NCBI GenBank assembly: GCA_038204425.1
Contig: JBBRCZ010000003.1
Span: forward strand, 1 to 64,000
DNA: 64,000 nucleotides
Source: Spirochaetia bacterium
GTDB lineage: Bacteria > Spirochaetota > Spirochaetia > DSM-27196 > Salinispiraceae
Direction of reading: 5' to 3'
Shown here in pieces: positions 38,881 through 49,304 of this stretch. Each line of letters begins with the position of its first letter. Positions within the stretch are counted from its first letter, which is position 1. Under the pieces are notes generated by a model. That model was not told the DNA's origin. It saw only the letters and a list, made by a program, of their open reading frames with translations, and did not search any database. Position numbers and translations under genes: made by a program.

Positions 38881-39447
38881 ATGGATCGTTCTATTTCAGT
38901 TTCTCAGCTTACTATGGTCGCCTTTGATTTTGAAACTACAGGTCTTTCTCCCGAGAGAGACGAGATAGTTGAGTTTGGCGCAATCAAGTTTATCGACGGC
39001 AAAATAGTCGGACAGTTTGAATCACTCATTGATCCGCTTAGGTCAATACCTGCCGATGCAAGTAGGATTAGTGGTATTGATGACTCAATGGTAAAAGGCA
39101 AGCCACGCTTGGCCGAGATTTTGCCTGGCTTTATGGCCTTTATCCAAGACAGTGTGCTTATGGCGCACAATGCTGGTTTTGACCTCGGATTCTTACGCGT
39201 TGGCTGTACAAGGGTGGGGCACGCACTTCCACAGAATTTGGTGATTGATACACAGATTCTGGCTCGCAAAGCTTGGCCCGGGCAAAAAAGCTACAGTTTG
39301 CAAAACTTAGTAGCCATGCTGCAAATCCCTCCCAACAAAGCGCATCGTGCCTTAGACGATAGTTTGATGTGCATGAAACTGTTTTTGGCATGTGCTGACA
39401 GACTCAGTTTTATGGGTGATATTCAACTCAGAGACGTTCTGGATTAA
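38881..39447 (+). CDS. DEDDh 3'-5' exonuclease (DnaQ/Pol III epsilon-like)
   Basis: FDFETTG, AHNAGFD, HRALDD. Confidence 0.9.
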   Translation: MDRSISVSQLTMVAFDFETTGLSPERDEIVEFGAIKFIDGKIVGQFESLIDPLRSIPADASRISGIDDSMVKGKPRLAEILPGFMAFIQDSVLMAHNAGFDLGFLRVGCTRVGHALPQNLVIDTQILARKAWPGQKSYSLQNLVAMLQIPPNKAHRALDDSLMCMKLFLACADRLSFMGDIQLRDVLD

Positions 39448-39518
39448 GACAGAAGCATTAGTCTCACAATTGACGGATAGTGCTTGCTCATATACATTAA
39501 AAGCTTGGGAGTGTTGAG

Positions 39519-40040
39519 ATGTTGGACTTGGTAACCCTACCAGATGAACGGCTTTTTGTTAAATCTACTGCGGTACTCAGTATCGACGATGCTTTGCTAG
39601 AGTTTATCGACGAGATGATTGGCACCATGAACGACGCGAATGGTGTCGGATTGGCTGCTGTTCAAGTTGGATTATTGCATCGACTCTTTATAGTGCACGC
39701 TCCCAAAGATGAGCTGCGAATTTTTATCAACCCCACAATCGAATTGATCTCCGATAGAGCCAACGTTTACGAAGAGGGTTGCTTGAGCATACCTGGGGTC
39801 TACTCTGATGTAGAAAGACCAGACGCACTAAGAATCAAAGCACTTAACCAAAGTGGCAATGAGTTCCAGCTTGATGCAGAGGATTTTTTAGCACGAGTTA
39901 TTCAACACGAGTTTGACCACTTAGAAGGACAGCTTTTTTATCAGCATCTTAGTGTGCGCAAGCAAGACCGCTTTCTAAAAATCTACGAAAAAAACAATGG
40001 TGTCTCTACTGCTCATTTGCGCTCAGTGGTTTCTGCTTGA
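39519..40040 (+). CDS. def: Peptide deformylase
   Basis: GVGLAAVQ, EGCLS, QHEFDHL. Confidence 0.95.
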   Translation: MLDLVTLPDERLFVKSTAVLSIDDALLEFIDEMIGTMNDANGVGLAAVQVGLLHRLFIVHAPKDELRIFINPTIELISDRANVYEEGCLSIPGVYSDVERPDALRIKALNQSGNEFQLDAEDFLARVIQHEFDHLEGQLFYQHLSVRKQDRFLKIYEKNNGVSTAHLRSVVSA

Positions 40041-41027
40041 ATGCTTCAAATACTCTTTGCCGCCACCAGTGAAATAGCCGTTCCTACACTAGAAGAACTA
40101 TATCAGCAAGGTCGCGTTAAAGCTGTTTTAACCGCACCTGATGCGGCTCAAGGTCGTAGCAAGTCTCTACAAGCAAGTCCTGTCAAACAAGCCGCATTAG
40201 CCTTGGGTATCGAAATTATTCAACCAGCAAAACTCGATGTAAATGCGCGCCAAGCCGTTAAGAGCCTGGGTGTCGATCTTTTGGTCTGTATGGCCTATGG
40301 CAAACTCTTTGGACCGCTTTTTTTGGAGCTTTTTTCTCAAGGTGGCATCAATATCCATCCCAGTCTTCTGCCGCGTTGGCGCGGTCCATCACCGATCAAC
40401 GCAGCCATTCTGGCTGGAGATAAGCTTAGTGGTATCACGGTTCAGCGATTGGCACTTGCAATGGACGCTGGGGACATTCTCAAACAACAGGAATTTGTGC
40501 TGGATGAAACTATGACAGCCAAAAATCTCAGCAATTATTGCGCCAAGCTAAGCGCCAAATTGACAGTTGAAGTTCTTAGAGAACTTGAGTCAGGCCGAGA
40601 AGAAGTCCGCAGTCAAGATTCAAGCGAAGCCACTTATTGTCATTTGATCAAGAAAGACGACGGTATAGTTGATTGGAAGCAGAGTGCCGAAACAATAGAC
40701 CGGATGGTGAGAGCTTATCATGTGTGGCCCCGCGCCCAAACTTGGTGGAACAGTGAAGTTCTCTATTTAGAAGAATCCTGTTTGCTAACTAGAGAGCAAA
40801 CTACGGAAGTGTTTACTAGATCACAGTTTGCACAAGGTGAGCTGCTACCCGGCTGCGTTATTGCTGTAGACAAACGACTGGGTTTATTGGTACAAACAGG
40901 TAACGGTCTACTAGGATTGCGACGGCTACAATTGCAATCAAAGAAATCCATGGATCACCTTGCTTTTGTCAATGGTGCACGGGGTTTTCTAGGATCAGTT
41001 CTTGGTCACGCCTCCAGCTCGCAATGA
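40041..41027 (+). CDS. fmt: Methionyl-tRNA formyltransferase
   Basis: NIHPSLLPRWRG, MDAGD. Confidence 0.95.
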   Translation: MLQILFAATSEIAVPTLEELYQQGRVKAVLTAPDAAQGRSKSLQASPVKQAALALGIEIIQPAKLDVNARQAVKSLGVDLLVCMAYGKLFGPLFLELFSQGGINIHPSLLPRWRGPSPINAAILAGDKLSGITVQRLALAMDAGDILKQQEFVLDETMTAKNLSNYCAKLSAKLTVEVLRELESGREEVRSQDSSEATYCHLIKKDDGIVDWKQSAETIDRMVRAYHVWPRAQTWWNSEVLYLEESCLLTREQTTEVFTRSQFAQGELLPGCVIAVDKRLGLLVQTGNGLLGLRRLQLQSKKSMDHLAFVNGARGFLGSVLGHASSSQ

Positions 41028-41053
41028 ATCAGCCTGACCTTACAGGAGCATCC

Positions 41054-42214
41054 ATGAAGCAAGACGACAGTTCAAAAATAGTCGCCAAAAAGAAACAAGA
41101 CGGAAGCTTGCAAACCACCGGTATGCCACGTGTCAAAGCGGAGTTGATTAAAGCGGCCCCCATCGTAAAAGATAAGTTTAAGCAGGCCGGTGAACTAATG
41201 CAGACCGGCGTCAACAGAATTATTCCTAGCAAGGCAGATGATCCAGAGACTAGGTATTTTAAGTTGTTGGGAATTACTTTTGTTGGCTTGATACTGATTG
41301 GTGGCATCGCAGGAATAAGTAGTTTTCTCTTAACATTGACCAACCCCGAATCAGTTGCGGTTCCAAATGTGGTAAAAAAAGACTTACTCGACGCGTTTGA
41401 TGAGCTGCAAGCTTGGGGACTCCAGGGAAAAATCGAACAACAATACAATCCAGATCCAGCCTCGCGCGGAATGGTTCTTGAGCAAGAACCGGTTGAAGGG
41501 GTCTCAGTCAAGGTCGGACGCGAGATCAAGCTAATTGTTTCAAGAGGTCCGATGATGGGGGCGATAGGCAACTACGTCGGCCGGAACATAGATGAAGTAA
41601 GAGAAGAAATCAGGAAGCAATTTGTCGGCGAAAGTCCAATGCTTAGATTTGGAAATATCACTTACGGCTTTGATCCCAGCCCTCAAGGCACTGTCCTTTC
41701 GCAGGATCCTTTTGCAGGAAGAGAAATCAACAATCGACTTACTATCAATTTTTTTGTTAGTCGAGGCCAGGATGAGAATGCAAGACCAGTACCTGGGGTT
41801 GTCGGACTTGACTATGTAAGAGCCATCGAAACTCTCGCTCAAAAAGAGATAGCTTTTGAAGTGCGCATTGTTCCTTCTGGGGGCGAAGACGGTCCAGGCG
41901 TAGTTACGTTGCAAGACCCGGTGGAGGGACAAAACTTGGATCCCTTGGCCAAAGTTAAGCTGACCGTAGTGCAGCCAGAACCCCGTACCGCTGCTCAAGT
42001 AAGTAGACTATACAGTTTCAATCTACCCGAGTATGAATCTGCAATTGATATTACGGTCAAAACCATCGATCAAACTGGTGGCGAAACCATCCTTTATAGG
42101 TTTAAACACCCAGGTGGTTCATTGACCTTCCCTTACGTGCTCGATGTTGGAACTGAAATAGTAGTTCAAGCGTTTAATCGAGTCATTGATCGCTACACCG
42201 TGAGAAAAGATTAA
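41054..42214 (+). CDS. Membrane-anchored PASTA-domain protein
   Basis: One transmembrane segment, then three PASTA-like repeats (VPNVV, VLEQEP, VLSQDP, VPGVVG). Confidence 0.85.
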   Translation: MKQDDSSKIVAKKKQDGSLQTTGMPRVKAELIKAAPIVKDKFKQAGELMQTGVNRIIPSKADDPETRYFKLLGITFVGLILIGGIAGISSFLLTLTNPESVAVPNVVKKDLLDAFDELQAWGLQGKIEQQYNPDPASRGMVLEQEPVEGVSVKVGREIKLIVSRGPMMGAIGNYVGRNIDEVREEIRKQFVGESPMLRFGNITYGFDPSPQGTVLSQDPFAGREINNRLTINFFVSRGQDENARPVPGVVGLDYVRAIETLAQKEIAFEVRIVPSGGEDGPGVVTLQDPVEGQNLDPLAKVKLTVVQPEPRTAAQVSRLYSFNLPEYESAIDITVKTIDQTGGETILYRFKHPGGSLTFPYVLDVGTEIVVQAFNRVIDRYTVRKD

Positions 42215-42217
42215 AGT

Positions 42218-43255
42218 ATGTATAAGCGCTACTTGGTTTTTGGTTCATTCTTGCTCTTGTTTACGGTCTTTGCGTGCCAGACAGTGAGCCCTCAGACCGA
42301 AGCTGCTCGTACCACTACTTCCCACAAGGTCGATCAAGATCGCCTGCGCGATTTGCTCAAAAATCTGGATCAGGTCATCATGTCATCCACTACTGATGAC
42401 CTAGTTAGGCAGACCTATATGGCCGTCAGAAAGCGCATGGAATCTGGTCACCTGTACTTTTTGGTAGACAAAGACTCGACCTCAAAAGATATCTTGCAAG
42501 GCGTCTATTATTCCCCAAATGCCAAAGGCTCTTCGTGGATAATTTGTACACCTTATATCATTAAACTGAGTCAGACACGTCCTGAGCTTGTGCTTTCGTT
42601 ACTCATCAACGCAATGGTATTTGCAGAATCGCATGCAGAAAAAGGCGAATCCTTTATTCTCGACTACAAAAATCCGCTCAACGCTTTTTTATATTCTATG
42701 GATGCGCTCTACGTGCAATCACTTTTTATAGATCAATACTTGGCCAAAAAAGCTTCCAACCTAGGTGCCTACGAAAGGTATCTCGCCGATGGACTCGGTT
42801 TTGACGGCTTGTCGAGCGTAGCAATGTATGTGGTTGGCGTAGATCAAATGATAGTTTACGGAGTCATGGAGCTTGGAAAGAACTTGGGTGACGGCAGTCT
42901 AGAAGCTAAGTCCTATTTTGACCAACTAGATACTTTGTTTGACACCGTGATTGCAAGAATGCTGGAAGTAGTAGCTGTTAGAAACTCGGTTAATCAAAGT
43001 CCAAGTCTAGAAGACGGTGAGAACCAAAAGCGCTCATCCTACATTGCTGGAGTAAGTGCCTTAAGTGTTTTGCACTATGGATTGGCAATAATTGATGGGC
43101 ATTTAACCGCCTATCCAGCATTGCGAAACAAGGTTTGGGAACCACGTCGGCTTGCAGTCAATGGAAGAGCACAGCGCATAAAAGACAACCTTGTATATTT
43201 TTCTGAAAAAATCGCTAGCTACCGAGCAGAGTATTTAAGAAGCTTGGGTCTGTAA
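42218..43255 (+). CDS. Putative lipoprotein
   Basis: Signal peptide ending VFAC. Confidence 0.65.
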   Translation: MYKRYLVFGSFLLLFTVFACQTVSPQTEAARTTTSHKVDQDRLRDLLKNLDQVIMSSTTDDLVRQTYMAVRKRMESGHLYFLVDKDSTSKDILQGVYYSPNAKGSSWIICTPYIIKLSQTRPELVLSLLINAMVFAESHAEKGESFILDYKNPLNAFLYSMDALYVQSLFIDQYLAKKASNLGAYERYLADGLGFDGLSSVAMYVVGVDQMIVYGVMELGKNLGDGSLEAKSYFDQLDTLFDTVIARMLEVVAVRNSVNQSPSLEDGENQKRSSYIAGVSALSVLHYGLAIIDGHLTAYPALRNKVWEPRRLAVNGRAQRIKDNLVYFSEKIASYRAEYLRSLGL

Positions 43256-43310
43256 CCTGCAACTGGCAGTCGCGGTTTTATCTATAGACCGGTTGGAGTA
43301 CGCGATAAGT

Positions 43311-45989
43311 TTACTCTTCTGCTTGGGCTTCCCGAGGTTTTCCTCCTTTCCTCGGGGAGTCGCTTTTTTTGGCTGTCGTTTTAACTGTACTTTTTGCTGT
43401 ATTCTTTGCTGAACTTTTGATAGTGCTCTTGGCACCTTTCTTATTACTTTCTTGGTATAGCCGCAGCGCAGTTGCGAGGTCAAAGGCCTCTATGCCCTCA
43501 GGGCTCTTAAATTCTTCGCTTAATGATACGTTGTCAGCACCTGCCTTAAGGTAGGGGCCATAGCGACCTTCAATTAGCTTAAAAGCCGTGCCTTCTTGGC
43601 TGCCAAGGTCTTTAATTACCTGTGATCCGGCTCTGCCTTTTTTTTCTTCTGCCATGATCTCTAGGACACGAGACAAGGTGACGGTAAAGACATCGTCTTC
43701 TTTCTTTAGGCTCCTGAACTCGCCGTCACAAGCCACATAAGGTCCAAAGCGCCCAATATTAACGGTTATTTCTTTGTCGCTTACTGGATGCCGGCCAAGA
43801 CTGCGAGGTAGGCTTAGCGCTTTAAGTGCTTCTTCTATAGTTATTGTATCTTTGGTTTTGTCTTTTGGTAGTGGTGCTCGGCGTGGTTTTTTGTCGTCTT
43901 CACTTGCCTCGCCTAACTGCAGATAAGCTCCATAGCGTCCAATCATAAAGTGGACTTTGAGGCCAGTTTCTGGATCTTCACCAATAGCAGAGCCACCTTC
44001 TTTTTGCAGCGCTATGAGTTTCATGAGTTGATCCATAGTGAGTTCTGCAGGCGCTAAATCCTCCGGTATAGAGGCATGAATTTCTTGATTGCTCTCAGGA
44101 TCCTTAAAAATAACATAAGGGCCAAAACGGCCAATCTTGATGTCACTAAAGCCTTGTAGCTGTGGTAGATGCACGGTTCGTGATTCTTCAGGTTTAATCG
44201 ATTTTTCTCGTTGGTCAACTTGTGTTTTTAGCCCTTGTTCTCCTAAATAGAACTTCTTTAAGTAACTTGATCTGTCACCTTGGCCAAGAGCAATTGCGTC
44301 AAGGCTAGACTCCATTGATGAGGTAAATTGATATTCAACAAGTTCGCTAAAATTGGTTTCCAAAAACTGAGCCACGCTTATGCCAGTAAAGCTTGGTACC
44401 AAAGCAGTACCCTGTTTGCGAACATAGTTTCTCTCGTACAGTACGCTTATTATACTCGCATAGGTGGAGGGCCTTCCGATTCCTTCTTTTTCTAGGCGTT
44501 GGATCAAACTAGCCTCTGTGTACCGTGCAGGAGGCTTGGTTTCGTGGCCTTGATTAGCTAGTGAATTGAGTTTTAGTTCTTCTCCGATGCTCAGCGCGGG
44601 CAAAGGGCTGTCTTTGTCTTCTAGGGCTTGATCCGGGTCATCACTTCCTTCGACATAGGCTCTCAAAAAGCCAGGAAAGACTATGCGAGTTCCATTTGCC
44701 TGAAACACGGTGTCGGCAGCTTGTATTTTTACACTTACGCCGGCCTTTTTTGCATCCGCCATTTGGGTAGCAATGGTTCGTTTCCAAATAAGCTCATAGA
44801 GCGCTTTTTCTTTGCCCAACAGTTCAATCTTATCTGGGTGCACAAATGTTTTTCCGGCCGGGCGGATGGCCTCGTGAGCTTCTTGTGCGCTGGCGCTCTT
44901 GCTCGAATACTGACGGATTTCGGGACTTAGGTAGTCTTTGCCGTAGAGCTGCACAATCGTTTCGCGCGCGCCTTCTATAGCTTGGCTCGAAAGATTGGGG
45001 CTATCGGTACGCATGTAGGTGATCAGGCCTTCTTCATAGAGTTTCTGCGCCATGCGCATGGTCTCTCTGCTCGACAGCCCAAGTTTTCGGTTGCCTTCTT
45101 GTTGTAAGGTTGAGGTTATAAAAGGCGCAGCTGGTTTACTGGTCGTTTCTTTCTCTTGAACGTCGATGACTTTCCAATTTGCTTTTTCCAGGCGAATCAG
45201 TAAGTCTTTGCTGTTGTCTTCATTCAGAATCCAAAGATCCTTGTTTGTCTTAATCAGACCGGTATCGGGATCAAAATCTTTTCCAGTGGCTATTCTTCTG
45301 CCAGCTACTTCTAAGAGACGTGCTTCAAAACTCGTAGATTGGTTTGCTTGACTTAGCTTTGCCAGTAAGTCCCAAAAGTATGACTTCTTAAACACAGCTC
45401 TCTCAAACTCGCGTTGAACTATCAATCGCAGTCCCGGTGACTGAACTCGCCCTGCAGATAGGCCATAAGATATCTTTTTCCACAGCAATGGTGAAAGAGT
45501 AAAACCGTACAAACGGTCAATCACTCGCCGTGTTTCTTGTGCTTTTACTAAGTTCTGATCTATGTCTCGGGTATGTTCTAATGCTTGCTTAATAGCGGTA
45601 TCAGTAATCTCATGAAAGACCATGCGCCGGACAGGCTTTTTTCCTGGTTTGAGTAGCTCAACCAAATGCCAGCTGATGCTTTCCCCTTCGCGGTCTTCGT
45701 CCGTTGCGAGGTAGAGTTCATCCACTTCTTTCAATAACTTTTTTAGTTGACTAACAACCTTGGTCTTGTCCTTTGGTACGACATAGAGAGGAGCAAAATC
45801 CTCTTCAACATTGACGCCCAATCGTGCCCAGGCTTGCTCTTTATAAGACTTTGGAATGTCAGCGGCGGTTTGGGGCAGGTCTCGGACATGACCTATACTT
45901 GCTTCTACAATGTAGTTTGAAGGCAGTATGCGCTTAATGGTACGTGCTTTTGTGGGCGACTCAACGATGACCAGTACCTTTTTTTCCAT
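43311..45989 (-). CDS. topA: DNA topoisomerase I
   Basis: IVESPTKA, DEDREGE, SAGRVQS, ITYMRTDS, C-terminal GR(F/Y)G(P/A)Y repeats. Confidence 0.97.
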   Translation of the reverse strand: MEKKVLVIVESPTKARTIKRILPSNYIVEASIGHVRDLPQTAADIPKSYKEQAWARLGVNVEEDFAPLYVVPKDKTKVVSQLKKLLKEVDELYLATDEDREGESISWHLVELLKPGKKPVRRMVFHEITDTAIKQALEHTRDIDQNLVKAQETRRVIDRLYGFTLSPLLWKKISYGLSAGRVQSPGLRLIVQREFERAVFKKSYFWDLLAKLSQANQSTSFEARLLEVAGRRIATGKDFDPDTGLIKTNKDLWILNEDNSKDLLIRLEKANWKVIDVQEKETTSKPAAPFITSTLQQEGNRKLGLSSRETMRMAQKLYEEGLITYMRTDSPNLSSQAIEGARETIVQLYGKDYLSPEIRQYSSKSASAQEAHEAIRPAGKTFVHPDKIELLGKEKALYELIWKRTIATQMADAKKAGVSVKIQAADTVFQANGTRIVFPGFLRAYVEGSDDPDQALEDKDSPLPALSIGEELKLNSLANQGHETKPPARYTEASLIQRLEKEGIGRPSTYASIISVLYERNYVRKQGTALVPSFTGISVAQFLETNFSELVEYQFTSSMESSLDAIALGQGDRSSYLKKFYLGEQGLKTQVDQREKSIKPEESRTVHLPQLQGFSDIKIGRFGPYVIFKDPESNQEIHASIPEDLAPAELTMDQLMKLIALQKEGGSAIGEDPETGLKVHFMIGRYGAYLQLGEASEDDKKPRRAPLPKDKTKDTITIEEALKALSLPRSLGRHPVSDKEITVNIGRFGPYVACDGEFRSLKKEDDVFTVTLSRVLEIMAEEKKGRAGSQVIKDLGSQEGTAFKLIEGRYGPYLKAGADNVSLSEEFKSPEGIEAFDLATALRLYQESNKKGAKSTIKSSAKNTAKSTVKTTAKKSDSPRKGGKPREAQAEE

Positions 45990-46184
45990 AGCTTCCTCTG
46001 TTTCTTCCTTAGACTAAAACGCTTTATACCAGCTCGCACTATATTATGTCTATCCACAACTGACCCAATAAATATGCAGATAAGACAGTCGGACTTGCAT
46101 TTGAGTTTCAAACCTTTGTCTTTTGCTGTCAATATCAATTGGTTTTTTCACAAGATTTAGTGTCGTTGGCGTTATAATAACAGC

Positions 46185-46601
46185 ATGAAAGATAGCGAGC
46201 AAGATTTGGAACAGCAAATAGGTCAGGCAGCATGGCAGGTTAGACAGAAGGCCTACGCGCCTTATTCCGGATTTAAAGTGGGTGCTGCACTTCTGGCCGA
46301 CCGCAATAATGAAGTGATATGTGGCACCAATGTCGAAAACGCAAGTTACGGTGCAACAATATGCGCCGAACGAAGTGCCCTAGTAAATCTGGTCACAAAA
46401 CACGGCATGCAACGCGTAAGAATCTTGGCTGTGGCGACTGATGCAGACGATCCAGCAGTGCCTTGTGCCATGTGTCTTCAGGTTATGGCTGAGTTTTGCC
46501 TACCTAGTACGCAAATTCTCTTGGTCAACTCAACGGGTATTGTCAAACGCTTTTCGTTTGAACAGGTTCTGCCTTACCCATTTACTAGTTTTAAGGCCTA
46601 G
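46185..46601 (+). CDS. cdd: Cytidine deaminase (homotetrameric type)
   Basis: YAPYSGFKVGAA, NVENASYG..ICAER, PCAMC. Confidence 0.93.
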   Translation: MKDSEQDLEQQIGQAAWQVRQKAYAPYSGFKVGAALLADRNNEVICGTNVENASYGATICAERSALVNLVTKHGMQRVRILAVATDADDPAVPCAMCLQVMAEFCLPSTQILLVNSTGIVKRFSFEQVLPYPFTSFKA

Positions 46602-48598
46602 CTCATATTTTGTAGCAAATACAGAATGTAAAGTTCTAAATAACGTAAGAGATCCTTGCGGTTTCTAATCTGGAGCAGAGTTTCCGTTTCCCAGACCTTA
46701 AGCGCGTATGCCCTCACATCACCGGCAGTAGGCAGTTTTGAACGAGAGCTGATCTTCATTTTGCGCAAGTAGTCGCGGCAGAGTGCATTGACGTCCTCAG
46801 TAAGATTCTTCTTAGTTTGGGCGTCTATGATGGTGTTCCAACGTTCTTCCATGTTGGCCATGGTTGTCGTCATGGAACTACCACTTAGCAAAAACTCAGC
46901 TTCAATTGTCTTGGCAGCGTTTTTAAACTCAAGTGCCTTCTTTTTTGCATTTTGAAGCTTGATCTTTGATTCGTCTTGATCGTCCGTTTCGGATTGGCCA
47001 GGTGCCTGTTGCGGTGGGCCCTTTTTGCTCTTTTTGGCTATCTGAATCCTGGTCTGGCCTTCGTGATCAAAAATAGCGGCATAAGGTTCGTTGGCAAGTT
47101 CTGGGCCCAAGAAGAGCAGACGCATAAATCGAACTACACTTCTGATCACGGGTAGCACCATCCAAGCTGGCAGAAGAATTTTTGCATCTTCCAGCATCTT
47201 TTTCCGGTTGACTCTAAAGATTTGTTCATAGGGCTTTAGTTTTTGAGTAGTTGGGTTGAGCATCTCGTTGAGTTCATGGCGGTAGTTTTCGGGTACACTA
47301 TCTAGTCTAGAACTGAGGTAGATAGTTTCGTAGCTCAGCAAAGAAAAGAACAAGGGGTAATGATTGCGCAGTCGTTGCTCAATGTGTTTTCTAAACTCTT
47401 CGTCATCATGCATAGTGGTGTATTCAATATCTTGTCTGAGAGACAGGTTCCAAGAACGTTTGTAAAACTCCCTAACTTCCTTTTGGATCCTTATAAGTTG
47501 CTCGTTTGCTAGAGCCGGAATAGAAGCATAGAGAACAAAAAATTCTTCCTCTTCAGGCGTTTTGACGCGCAGCATTTCAGGAAGGTCTTTGTTGGGTGCT
47601 GGTTTTAGCTTATCTCGCAGATGATTGTTGATCTTGTCTCGGTCTAGACGTTTAGTCAGTAAAATGCCTTTGTCGTCCTTAAACTCGTGTATTTCGGTAA
47701 TTCTAAAAGCGTAAGGAGGCCTCTTCATGGTCTGACTAATGACGTTAACCGCCAGTTCTTCTTCTTTTCTTTTCTGGAGAACCCCACGGTGAAAAACGTT
47801 GTAATAGCCGATCAAATATGCGGCTTGGCAAAAACCGTGTTCCTCGGTCATTTTGTCGGCTTTTTGACCATACTCTTTGATTATGTTGGTTGATAACTGT
47901 GTCCACATATGAAAGGTAAAGTCAGTTGGCTCGGCTATACTCTGACTCGCCGATTCAGGCGTGGTCACAATGCTGTGTAGCATGTCCTTAACTGCCAACT
48001 CCCTGCTGCGAAGTAACGGGGTTAGTTTTTGTCTAGTGTAGGACATGTTCTTGGTGTCACGAAGATAGTGTCTAATTTTATGTACTGATGTTGCCAAGAC
48101 CTTGGTTTTCAAGAGTTCTGAAGTACAAATCATGCTGGCAATGCCATCAGGAAAGTTAATACGAAGTAGTTTTTCATCACCGCTTGGGCGATTGAGCCAA
48201 GCCATAAAGTCGCCCTTAATGTCTACTGCAGTAATTAGGTCAATCGGAATACTTAAACCAAGAGTGTCTTCATTGGGAAAAGGAAGTTCGGGATGCTCAT
48301 CGTTGCGATGATAATAGGCGTTGAGGCGACTAATAAAAAAGGCCGGATATACAACAGAAAGCGGCGTACCATCCCTGCGAACTATTACGATAGTGTTATC
48401 TTTTTCGAGGGCTTCAAGATAGGCTATTAAGTGTCTGTGTGTGTTGTGCAGCAAGTCTGACATTTCTGCTTCACGTTCTGGATGCTCCATAATGTAGCGT
48501 TCAGTATAGGCCAAGAGTTGGCTATAACTGGCCTGACTTTGCTTGTAGCGTTCCAGATAATGCTGGATGATGTCCAGGACATCTTGTGAAGTCGACAT
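46598..48598 (-). CDS. Large hypothetical protein
   Basis: 666-aa open frame with its own promoter-like sequence; no motif recognised. Confidence 0.7.
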   Translation of the reverse strand: MSTSQDVLDIIQHYLERYKQSQASYSQLLAYTERYIMEHPEREAEMSDLLHNTHRHLIAYLEALEKDNTIVIVRRDGTPLSVVYPAFFISRLNAYYHRNDEHPELPFPNEDTLGLSIPIDLITAVDIKGDFMAWLNRPSGDEKLLRINFPDGIASMICTSELLKTKVLATSVHKIRHYLRDTKNMSYTRQKLTPLLRSRELAVKDMLHSIVTTPESASQSIAEPTDFTFHMWTQLSTNIIKEYGQKADKMTEEHGFCQAAYLIGYYNVFHRGVLQKRKEEELAVNVISQTMKRPPYAFRITEIHEFKDDKGILLTKRLDRDKINNHLRDKLKPAPNKDLPEMLRVKTPEEEEFFVLYASIPALANEQLIRIQKEVREFYKRSWNLSLRQDIEYTTMHDDEEFRKHIEQRLRNHYPLFFSLLSYETIYLSSRLDSVPENYRHELNEMLNPTTQKLKPYEQIFRVNRKKMLEDAKILLPAWMVLPVIRSVVRFMRLLFLGPELANEPYAAIFDHEGQTRIQIAKKSKKGPPQQAPGQSETDDQDESKIKLQNAKKKALEFKNAAKTIEAEFLLSGSSMTTTMANMEERWNTIIDAQTKKNLTEDVNALCRDYLRKMKISSRSKLPTAGDVRAYALKVWETETLLQIRNRKDLLRYLELYILYLLQNMS

Positions 48599-48699
48599 TT
48601 GCCCATACTAACCGAGCTTAGGCTTCTGAGCAACCGGTAGAAAGGTGGCTTTTGTCGCAGGTTTGACAGTCTCGGGTGCAGGTACTACAATGAATCATC

Positions 48700-49284
48700 A
48701 TGCAGCGTAGTCGATTTTTTTTTAGTGCCACAAGCATAGCAATCGTCGTGTTGACCTTACAGATTGTACTCGCCTGCGTCAGTGCTGAGCACTTGCCGAA
48801 TCAAGGCACGAGCAGTACCAATCAGGGAACGACAACAATAGAGCAAACTAAAATAAGTACCAGCACTCTCCAACAAATGGACGTGACCTTGCTAAAGGCT
48901 CCAATTCAAGTAAGTCAAGCTGTCTTTACCAAGACCTTTTCTGAGGTTGAAGCATTAATCGCAGAACTAAATACGCTCATTCGAGCGCGTGATTACACGC
49001 GTTGGACAAATTTCCTTAGTCCGGAATACACTGTTCGTATGTCCGATGCACAGGTACTAAGCGATTTAAGTGCTTCGCCGATACTAAAACGCAATGAAAG
49101 AGTGTTGCATTCTTTGGCTGATTATTTTAATTATGTTGTGGTGCCCAGTCGGAACAATATTAAGCTGAATGACTTAGTTTTCTTGAGTGAAAATGAAGTT
49201 GAAGCTATAATGATCAGAGACACCAAAAGGGTGACGGTATATCGTTTGATAAATATAAATGGCCAGTGGAAAATCGGCCTTTAG
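48700..49284 (+). CDS. Putative lipoprotein
   Basis: Signal ending VLAC; YFNYVVVPSR, GQWKI; upstream TTGACA-N17-TACAAT. Confidence 0.7.
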   Translation: MQRSRFFFSATSIAIVVLTLQIVLACVSAEHLPNQGTSSTNQGTTTIEQTKISTSTLQQMDVTLLKAPIQVSQAVFTKTFSEVEALIAELNTLIRARDYTRWTNFLSPEYTVRMSDAQVLSDLSASPILKRNERVLHSLADYFNYVVVPSRNNIKLNDLVFLSENEVEAIMIRDTKRVTVYRLININGQWKIGL

Positions 49285-49304
49285 AATTCAGTAAGGAGTC
49301 AAGC

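Noticed and set aside
46050..46058. Replication origin suggested by a DnaA-box-like CTATCCACA
   Set aside because: Single mismatched box, no cluster, no dnaA nearby.
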